This document shows, in pieces, positions 15,552 to 22,215 of a stretch of 22,215 nucleotides of DNA. The notes under the pieces were generated by a model. The model saw only the letters and a list, made by a program, of their open reading frames with translations. It searched no databases and was not told the origin of the DNA. Origin of the DNA: an uncultured Verrucomicrobiae bacterium (GTDB lineage Bacteria > Verrucomicrobiota > Verrucomicrobiia > Chthoniobacterales > Chthoniobacteraceae). The translations under genes and the position numbers were made by a program. Positions within the stretch are counted from its first letter, which is position 1. Every line of letters starts with the position of its first letter. The stretch covers positions 1 through 22,215 of the forward strand of contig CAVYKI010000005.1 of the NCBI GenBank assembly GCA_963769025.1, given 5' to 3'.

Positions 15552-18509
15552 TCACTTAAGAGTCCGCAAAAAGGCGACGAGATCGAGGAGTTCCTGCTGC
15601 GATAGCGTTCGTTCCAGGCCCGCCGGCATCAGCGAAACCGGGAGTGCGTGCATCGCGGCAATCTGGGCGCGCGAGATGGGGTGCTCCTGGCCGGCGCCGT
15701 CCACGACCACGACATTGTCCGGCGTCTGCCTGCGAATCACGCCAAGCAACGATTGGCCGCCCGCAGTGTCGATCGCGACGGGCTCAAATTCCCGCACGAT
15801 GGTCGCGCTGGGAAAGAGGATGGACTCGAGCAGATCCCGCTCGGTGCGGATCTGTCCGATGGCGCTGAGGTCCGGACCGATGAGGCCGCCGGTCTCGCCG
15901 ACGCGATGACACACGACACACGTGCCTTTTCCAGTCTCGAATACCTTCCGTCCTTCGGCGGCGACGCCCTTCGCGGCGACCAATGCGGGGAGCGTGTCGA
16001 GGCTGCGGCGGCGGGTGTCATCAGCGGCGGCGAGATCGCGGAGCGCGGGGATGAGGATTTCGTACGCCTCCGGCGGATAGCTGCTGAAAAGCGTGCGGAT
16101 TTCGCTTTCCTGTGCGGTCGCGAGCGATGCCGCGGATTTCAGCGCATTCGCGAGGAGCGTGCCTGTTTCGCGATCGTTCACCCGACGAAATGCGCGGAGC
16201 GCTTCACGGAGTTCGAGCGGACCGAGCGTGGCGATCGTCGGAGCGACGCCGGCGAGCTGAGGTTTCGACAATTTCGCGGCGCCGAGGAGGCGCGCGGCTT
16301 CGATGCGCGAGGATACCGACGCATCGCCGCCCAGCACGCCGAGGAGGAGCGTGAAATCATCGTCCGAAATCGCAGCGCCGGATTTCAGGCCGGCGCTGAG
16401 CGCCTTGAGGCGCAACGTGAGCGGACGCTTTCCATCCGCAGCGAGGGCGCGCAGTGCGTCGGTGAATTCGTCGGTGCGGAGTTTTGCAATCGCTTCCAGC
16501 ACGAGTGATAGGTCGCCCGGTCCCGCTTCGGCCAACGCGGTTTTCAGCGGAGCGATCCATTTCGGAGCAGGCGGCAATGCGGATGAACTGGCAATGAGTG
16601 CCAATGCAGTCCTGCGCGTGGTCGCATCGGCATTTTCGAGAAGCGCGGTGACGATCTGCTGCATGCCCGGCTCGGCGATCTGGGGCCTCGAGATCCGCGC
16701 GATGAGTTTGAGGTGTTCGGACGAGATTTTGCCGGCCCAAATCCAAGCGGTGAGATGCTCCGCAGTCTGCGCAGTCCATTCCTTTCGGTGGGCGAGGATG
16801 TCGGCGGCCGCGCTCGCAAGCGGTAGGTCGTGCGCGTCCAGCATCCGAAGCGCATCGGCGACGGCGAGCGGCGATCCGTCCATTTGATCGAGCAAAATCA
16901 GCGCGCGTCGCTGTAGCGCAGGGTTCGCGGCGTCGCGCAAGCGGGCTGTCAGCGCCTTGCCGTGCCCCGCGCGCAGCAGCGCGTACATCGCCTGGTGTTC
17001 GATCGGTCGCTCGACTTCCGCGGGCTGGAGCAAATGCAGGAGCGCCGACTCGGTTTGCGGGCTCAGTCGGGGCAGCGCGCCAAGTGCGCTCGCCGCGGCA
17101 AGGCGAACGCCTGCATCCCGATGGGTGAGCGCGTGCGCGATTGCAGTCTCGGCTTCGGGTTGTGCGAGCGACGCCAGCGCATTCGCAGCGGCGCGCGCGA
17201 CGGTCGCGTCGGGATCGGCGAGCATGGCAGTGAGTCGCTTCGCATCGCTGCCGCGCGCACTTTGCCAGACTTCCCGCACGCGTGCCCCGCCCCACGGCTC
17301 GCTTTTCGCGAGCGGACCCTTCGGGCGGATGCGGTAGATGGCACCGTGGACGTCCGGCTTTGCCACGAGCGAAGCCGGGCAGCCCGCACGGAACCAGCCG
17401 CCGGTGTCCACGACAAGCAGTGTGCCGTCACGATCCTCCAGCACGTCGGTGATGTGCATATCCGGGTTCTCGATTTTCAAAAACTCGCGTGACGTGACGC
17501 TGTAAGTCGCGCCGGAACGCTGGATTTCCATGCGCGAAACGCGCTGCGTGTTGAAATGCGTGACAAAAAGATTCCCGCGCCAGTCGGGATTCAGCGCGCC
17601 TGAGCGATAGAAGGTGCAGCCCGAGACCGCGACATGGCCGAAATTGAAAATCGGCGGCAGCAGGTCGCCCGTGCGTTTGAATTCCGCGACCGCGTCACCC
17701 TGATCTTCGCGCGGGTAAACGCCCCCGCGCAGCCAGTGGACGAGGCAATCGCCGCGCGGCGTTCCGTAGAAGAGATTCACCGTGCCGAGGATTTCGCCGT
17801 CCGGCGTGAAATCGATCTCCACCGGATTGTCCATCCCGCCACCCGAGTGCATCTGCACGTCCGAGCCGTCCGGTTTGCACGACCAGATGCCCGACGCCTT
17901 GCCTTTTCGGATGGGATTCCCGCCGTTGTCGAAAACGTCGTGGCCCTTGCGCCCGTGGCACCAGTAGAGCCGGCCGTTTGGGTGCACGAACGGCCCATGG
18001 ATGTCCGCCGCATTTCCCGTGAAGTCGAAGCCGCGCACGATCATCTCGCGCTTGTCCGCCACGCCGTCGCCGGTCGTGTCCGTGAGCCGCCAGATGCCCG
18101 GCGGCGAGGCGACGTAGAGCGAGCCGCCGAGCCACGCGCAGCCTTGCGGGAAAGTCATCTTGTCGGCGAAGACCGTGGACTTGTCGTAAACGCCGTCGGC
18201 ATTCGTGTCCTCCAGCATCAGCACGCGGTGCGGCAGCTCCTTTTCCAGCCCGGCCTTGTTCAGATTCACCCCGGACGAATCACCGACAAAAAGCCGCCCG
18301 AGATCATCCGCCGTCGCCATGATGGGATGCCGCACCAACGGCGCTGCGGCGACGACTTCCGCAGTGTACCCGTCCGGCAATTGAACCGGCGGCATCGCGT
18401 AGTCGAACGGTTTCGTGTTGTCTTTCGCTAATGCTGCGGTGGTGAAGAGGATGGCAACGCAGGCGAGCGTGCTTGGCGCACGGCAGCCGAGAGAAAGGTT
18501 CAGGCGCAT
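15552..18509 (-). CDS. PVC-type heme-binding CxxCH protein (dehydrogenase-like beta-propeller + HEAT repeats + C-terminal cytochrome c domain)
   Basis: Signal peptide, LPDGYTAEVVAAAPLVRHP, EDTNADGVYDKSTVFAD, GGGMDNPVE, DTGGWF...HGAIYRI, HEAT repeats, and GRKVF...CVVCH...IGPDLSAIG...LLESILFPS...SLMPAGLE...LLDLVAFL. Likely start ATG 18509. Confidence 0.93.
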   Translation of the reverse strand: MRLNLSLGCRAPSTLACVAILFTTAALAKDNTKPFDYAMPPVQLPDGYTAEVVAAAPLVRHPIMATADDLGRLFVGDSSGVNLNKAGLEKELPHRVLMLEDTNADGVYDKSTVFADKMTFPQGCAWLGGSLYVASPPGIWRLTDTTGDGVADKREMIVRGFDFTGNAADIHGPFVHPNGRLYWCHGRKGHDVFDNGGNPIRKGKASGIWSCKPDGSDVQMHSGGGMDNPVEIDFTPDGEILGTVNLFYGTPRGDCLVHWLRGGVYPREDQGDAVAEFKRTGDLLPPIFNFGHVAVSGCTFYRSGALNPDWRGNLFVTHFNTQRVSRMEIQRSGATYSVTSREFLKIENPDMHITDVLEDRDGTLLVVDTGGWFRAGCPASLVAKPDVHGAIYRIRPKGPLAKSEPWGGARVREVWQSARGSDAKRLTAMLADPDATVARAAANALASLAQPEAETAIAHALTHRDAGVRLAAASALGALPRLSPQTESALLHLLQPAEVERPIEHQAMYALLRAGHGKALTARLRDAANPALQRRALILLDQMDGSPLAVADALRMLDAHDLPLASAAADILAHRKEWTAQTAEHLTAWIWAGKISSEHLKLIARISRPQIAEPGMQQIVTALLENADATTRRTALALIASSSALPPAPKWIAPLKTALAEAGPGDLSLVLEAIAKLRTDEFTDALRALAADGKRPLTLRLKALSAGLKSGAAISDDDFTLLLGVLGGDASVSSRIEAARLLGAAKLSKPQLAGVAPTIATLGPLELREALRAFRRVNDRETGTLLANALKSAASLATAQESEIRTLFSSYPPEAYEILIPALRDLAAADDTRRRSLDTLPALVAAKGVAAEGRKVFETGKGTCVVCHRVGETGGLIGPDLSAIGQIRTERDLLESILFPSATIVREFEPVAIDTAGGQSLLGVIRRQTPDNVVVVDGAGQEHPISRAQIAAMHALPVSLMPAGLERTLSQQELLDLVAFLRTLK

Positions 18510-18924
18510 GGCTGGAGGGGTCGCTTGGGCAGAATGTCGATGCGTACACCGCGCCGCCACGGCAACCTTGGGCTCTCAAACGGGACGAATGTGTGGTTGG
18601 GAGCGGATAGGCAGGACCCATTGGGCTCATCACGGCTGGTGTACGGGCCCCGGTGATAGACGAAAGTTGCGCCGGCACCCCATCGGTGCTGACCCCGCAG
18701 GACGGCTCAACGCTAGCCGAGGTGCCGAGTCTTGAGGAGCGCATCCGCCGTCGGGGGGTGGTGAGTGTCACCGCAGGGCTCGGATCCGGGCTTTCCGTTT
18801 CGAGGAATTCCTCGGGTCGGCGAACGCGATCGGCATTCGCTCAAGGTCGGCAATCCATTTTCGAGGCCGTGGGGCCATTCGACAAAGTTTGCGATGCAGA
18901 GGAAGCGGGATCTTAGATTGCCGG

Positions 18925-18939
18925 GCACGAAATGTGCCA
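18925..18939 (-). promoter_or_regulatory. Possible sigma54 (-24/-12) promoter
   Basis: Minus strand TGGCAC-ATTTC-GTGC has the GG-N10-GC spacing of the TGGCAC-N5-TTGC consensus, with one mismatch at -12. The site is palindromic. Confidence 0.4.
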
Positions 18940-19028
18940 GTATTGCGCACTATTCGCGCTCCAGCGATGTATGCGAACTGAATAATAACGGGCGTTGTGG
19001 CGCACAAAGCGGTTTGCAAATTATATTA

Positions 19029-19041
19029 TAAAATACTGATA
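19029..19041 (-). promoter_or_regulatory. IHF-like binding site in an AT-rich tract
   Basis: Minus strand TATCAG-TATT-TTA fits WATCAR-N4-TTR and lies within a ~50 bp AT-rich stretch (19015-19066). Confidence 0.35.
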
Positions 19042-19063
19042 ACAAAAATGATAGGAATTCTTG

Positions 19064-20917
19064 TTAAGGTCTGTCGAGCCACACAGACAGCAGTGCGAGG
19101 TCCGCGGGAGTGACACCGCTGATCCTAGAGGCTTGGCCAATGGATTCCGGTTGAATTTCAGCCAACTTGTGTTGCGCTTCAAATCGCAGGCCGCGTATCG
19201 AAAGGTAATCCACGCCGAGGGGAATCCGCTTCTCTTCCTGACGTTGAAGCCGGTCGATCGCGATGTTTTGCCGAGCGATGTAGCCCTCGTATTTGAGGTT
19301 AATCTCCAAAGCCCCCCACAGTGAGTCGGCATACCCCGTACGGACCGACTCCGGGAGGGTTGATGCAACGTTTTCCGGCCGCCTCAGCCAAGCGGCGACT
19401 TTCAGGCCTTCATAGGATGCGGACTCAGCGAACTCTTTAAGGCGCTCGAAGTCCGCCATTTTTTGTCGGGTCCGCTCCCATCGCTCGTTGTCGACCAGCC
19501 CACGGGTGCGTCCTACCGGCGTGAGGCGGAAATCCGCATTATCATGCCGGAGAACCAACCGATGCTCGGCACGGCTGGTAAACATCCGGTAAGGTTCAGG
19601 GGTGCCTTTCGTGATGAGGTCGTCGATGAGCACGCCGATGTAGGCGTCGGCACGACCGAGGATGAATGGCTGCTTGCCCTGCACTTTGAGCGCTGCATTC
19701 GCGCCTGCCATCAAGCCCTGCCCGGCGGCTTCTTCATATCCAGATGTCCCATTAATCTGCCCGGCCAAGTACAGGTTCGGGATGAGTTTGGTCTCGAGGG
19801 AATGCCGGAGCTGAGTTGGCGGGCAGTAGTCATACTCAACTGCGTATCCCGGCCGCATTATTTCGGCATTCTCAAGTCCTGGCACTGTCCGGATAAACGC
19901 GAATTGCACTTCGATCGGCAAGGATGTGGAGACACCATTGATGTAGTATTCGAGAGTGTGCTTCCCTTCGGGTTCCAGGAAGAGTTGATGCCTGTCCTTT
20001 TCGGCGAACTTCACAATCTTGTCTTCAATCGACGGACAATAGCGAGGCCCGGTCCCTTCGATACGACCGGAATATAGGGGAGACTTGTTGAGATTGTTCC
20101 GAATGATGTCGTGCGTTTTCGGGTTGGTGTAAGTCACCCAACACGGGAGTTGTTCCACGTGGAACGTCTCGCCCTCCCAGTGGTTCAGCGAAAATGCTTC
20201 GTGTGGCTTCTTCGACAGTCGTTCAGGCAGGAAGCTGAATGTCGTCGGTGGATCATCGCCGAGTTGCATTTCGCATTTAGTGAAATCAATCGTCCGTCCG
20301 TTAATCCGGCATGGGGTACCGGTTTTGAAGCGTCCAAGCTCGAGCCCCAATTCGGACAACGAATCGCTCAGAGTTGATACTGTGTCGCCCATCCGCCCTC
20401 CTGGTTGGTTTCTCAGTCCCACGTGCAGCAACCCGCGCATGAAGGTGCCGGTAGTCACGACGACGGCTCGGCAGTTGATCTGCATACCCATGTTCGTCTG
20501 AATCCCCGTGACTCCATCGTCGTCGCGCAGGATGCGAATCACATTGGCCTGCATCATATCCAAACTTGGTTGCCCTTCCAATTCCGCTTTTGCTCGAAAT
20601 TGGTAGGCCTTCTTGTCGCACTGCGCTCTTGGTGAGCGAACACTCGGCCCCTTCTTCGAGTTCAGCATCCGAAACTGAATCGCCGTCGCGTCGGTATTCA
20701 GGCCCATCAATCCACCAAGTGCGTCAATTTCCCGGACGATCTGACCCTTGGCCTGACCGCCAATTGCAGGATTGCACGACATTTGCCCCACCGTGTCGAG
20801 CGACTGCGTCATGACAAGAGTCGCAGCATCCAACCGCGCGGAAGCCAGCGCAGCCTCAATTCCCGCATGGCCGGCACCGATGACGATGACATCGTAGTTC
20901 TTCGAATGGATGAACAT
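19064..20917 (-). CDS. mnmG: tRNA uridine-5-carboxymethylaminomethyl(34) synthesis enzyme MnmG (GidA)
   Basis: YDVIVIGAGHAGIEAALA (FAD binding), MSCNPAIGG, KGPSVRSPRAQCD, RFKTGTP, GPRYCPSIEDK, AGQINGTSGYEEAAGQG, EPYRMFTSRAE, GQASRISGVTPAD. Confidence 0.98.
   Translation of the reverse strand: MFIHSKNYDVIVIGAGHAGIEAALASARLDAATLVMTQSLDTVGQMSCNPAIGGQAKGQIVREIDALGGLMGLNTDATAIQFRMLNSKKGPSVRSPRAQCDKKAYQFRAKAELEGQPSLDMMQANVIRILRDDDGVTGIQTNMGMQINCRAVVVTTGTFMRGLLHVGLRNQPGGRMGDTVSTLSDSLSELGLELGRFKTGTPCRINGRTIDFTKCEMQLGDDPPTTFSFLPERLSKKPHEAFSLNHWEGETFHVEQLPCWVTYTNPKTHDIIRNNLNKSPLYSGRIEGTGPRYCPSIEDKIVKFAEKDRHQLFLEPEGKHTLEYYINGVSTSLPIEVQFAFIRTVPGLENAEIMRPGYAVEYDYCPPTQLRHSLETKLIPNLYLAGQINGTSGYEEAAGQGLMAGANAALKVQGKQPFILGRADAYIGVLIDDLITKGTPEPYRMFTSRAEHRLVLRHDNADFRLTPVGRTRGLVDNERWERTRQKMADFERLKEFAESASYEGLKVAAWLRRPENVASTLPESVRTGYADSLWGALEINLKYEGYIARQNIAIDRLQRQEEKRIPLGVDYLSIRGLRFEAQHKLAEIQPESIGQASRISGVTPADLALLSVWLDRP
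20151..20166. promoter_or_regulatory. parS centromere-like site inside mnmG
   Basis: TGTTCCACGTGGAACG: 15/16 match to the palindrome TGTTCCACGTGGAACA, with the 14-bp core GTTCCACGTGGAAC perfect. Confidence 0.8.
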
Positions 20918-20959
20918 TCTTGAGGTGTGTGGTAGGTGGAAAACTGTACGGCCTAAGAC

Positions 20960-20988
20960 GTTATAACGTGGGTATTCGATTTTGTCGG
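20960..20988 (-). promoter_or_regulatory. Putative sigma70 promoter of mnmG
   Basis: Minus strand CCGACA (20988-20983), 17-nt spacer, TATAAC (20965-20960), about 43 nt upstream of the ATG. Confidence 0.4.
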
Positions 20989-21239
20989 GAACTTACGCAT
21001 ATTGCGCTAATTTTGCTGCATCGCCAGATCCTTAAGGGAATGGTCGGTGCGGACCGCGCCTGATATGCTGTGTCGAGGAGCAATGGAAGGCCTTAAATCA
21101 GAAGTTGCGCGATTGGTTTTTGGCGATCACGGGGAAGGTTGAAGTTTGAAGCCATTGACCTGTTTTTCTGCGGGAACGACAACCAGAGTGGGCGAGGCGT
21201 TCGTGCATTCAGTCTTAGTTGTCTTGTTCTATTTCTCGA

Positions 21240-22066
21240 GGCAGTGTCCTGAGAGTTCTGCAAAAAGAAAGTGGGTCATGGTAGGGACGGGAGCGGACCA
21301 AGCAACCCGAACCCCAAAACGACCATGACCCGAAAGACCGATAAGCGGAACCTGCCTGAACTCAAAGCCTTGATAGTGCAAAACCAAGACATGATGCAGC
21401 CGCTGGTGGAGTGGCTGCTTCAGCAAGTGCTTGAAGCGGCGATGAGCGAAGCGCTGGGTGCCTCGAAGAGCGAGCGGGCTGGGCCATCGCAGCGGCTACC
21501 ACCCGCGCCGCCTGGTGACCCGTGTGGGCACGATGGAACTGCGCGTGCCGCAGGACCGGGCGGGGCGCCTTTCCACGCAGCTCTTCGAACGTTACCAGCG
21601 GAGCGAGAAGGCGCTCGTGGCCGCACTCGTGGAGATGTATGTGCAGGGCGTCTCGACGCGGAAGATCAAGACGATCACCGAGGAGCTGTGCGGGCACGAG
21701 TTCAGCGCCTCGGCCATCAGCGAACTGAACGTGAAGCTGGACGGGGAACTGGAGCGCTTTGCGCGGCGGGCGCTGGAGGTGGAGTTCCCGTATCTCATCC
21801 TTGATGCTCGCTACGAGAAGGTGCGCGAGGAGGGCGTCATCCGCTCGCGGGCCGTGCTCGTGGCCATCGGCATCGACTGGGAGGGCCGCCGGCAGGTCCT
21901 CGCCGTGGAGATCGCCGGGAGGGAAAGCGCCACGAGCTGGCGCGAACTGCTGCGCTCGCTCAAGGCGCGCGGCCTGTCCGGCGTGCGCCTGACCATCAGC
22001 GACGAGCACGCCGGGCTCAAGCGCGCCCTGGCCGAAGTGCTCCCCGAGGCCGCCTGGCAACGCTGT
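21240..22066 (+). mobile_element. Truncated IS256-family insertion sequence remnant
   Basis: Left-end-like GGCAGTGTCCTGAGAGTTCTGCAAAA from ~21240, abrupt rise in GC relative to the flanks, and an IS256 transposase that stops at WQRC (~22066). No right inverted repeat or target duplication seen. Confidence 0.8.
21325..22066 (+). pseudogene. IS256 (Mutator-type DDE) transposase pseudogene, frameshifted and 3'-truncated
   Basis: MTRK...LLQQVLEAAMSEALGASKSER in one frame, then after a frameshift at ~21478 GHRSGY..RRLVTRVGTMELRVPQDR...LFERYQRSE...MYVQGVSTR...YLILDARYEKVR...AIGIDWEGRRQVLAV...LKARGLSGV..ISDEHAGL...WQRC. The C-terminal part carrying the catalytic Glu is missing. Confidence 0.9.
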
Positions 22067-22087
22067 TCTTTGCTGTCGCCACTTTTT

Positions 22088-22103
22088 TGTTCTACGTGGA
22101 ACA
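22088..22103. promoter_or_regulatory. Second parS site (intergenic)
   Basis: TGTTCTACGTGGAACA, one mismatch from TGTTCCACGTGGAACA, about 1.9 kb from the site in mnmG. Confidence 0.72.
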
Positions 22104-22215
22104 TTAACGATCGAGGATCCCGGCCTTCGATCGAGGCAGGAGTGCAGAGAGTTTTGCGCGATATTTGTGGCTTTGCAGGTTAACACTCACGATTTCCATG
22201 TTCTCTGAAAATTCT

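Noticed and set aside
18600..18670. Possible hammerhead ribozyme (GTGATGAG-CCC-AAT-GGG on minus; TGATAGA...CGAAA on plus)
   Set aside because: The CUGANGA and GAAA core elements do not occur together with correct stems on one strand.
19015..19066. AT-rich tract as an oriC DNA-unwinding element or a dif site
   Set aside because: No TTATCCACA-type DnaA box cluster or DnaA-trio array nearby and no XerD arm (TTATGTTAAAT); only the IHF-like match is retained.
21811..22104. Minus-strand ORF starting MFHVEQ
   Set aside because: MFHVEQ is simply the translation of the parS palindrome; the rest is antisense to the transposase.
22139..22160. GGAGTGCAGAGAGTTTTGC resembling the IS256 left end
   Set aside because: Short gapped match in direct rather than inverted orientation; compatible with chance.
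1..22215. CRISPR array, tRNA/rRNA, DGR/retron, prophage or defence genes
   Set aside because: No regularly spaced repeats, cloverleaf, reverse transcriptase, template/variable repeat pair, integrase or nuclease motifs were seen by eye.

Overview
GC-rich bacterial chromosome segment. It is most likely Verrucomicrobiota (Chthoniobacterales-like), inferred from two PVC-type dehydrogenase/HEAT/heme proteins, a DUF1501 protein and the RpoD N-terminal style. It is probably near the replication origin: mnmG plus two parS palindromes lie at the right end, and most genes are transcribed leftward. Left to right: a 3'-truncated ThuA + PVC-type dehydrogenase/HEAT gene (absent from the ORF track because it runs off the window); a four-gene minus-strand cluster (exported hypothetical protein, gspG, signal-peptide-bearing KTSC protein, small membrane-anchored protein); a collapsed hybrid sensor-kinase pseudogene; pal; an exported esterase; rpoD; dnaG; cysE; a small antisense lipoprotein; a NifS/IscS-type cysteine desulfurase; DUF1501 with terminator and a REP-like doublet; a PVC-type CxxCH heme protein; a ~550 bp intergenic region with sigma54-like and IHF-like sites; mnmG; and a decayed IS256 element. 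I see no rRNA, tRNA, CRISPR array, reverse transcriptase or recognisable defence system. The best leads are (1) the gspG/exported KTSC/ComEA-anchor-like cluster, a speculative DNA-uptake module, (2) a parS site written into an inserted loop of MnmG, and (3) a low-GC zone around the parS sites. All family assignments are from motif recognition by eye; no searches were run.
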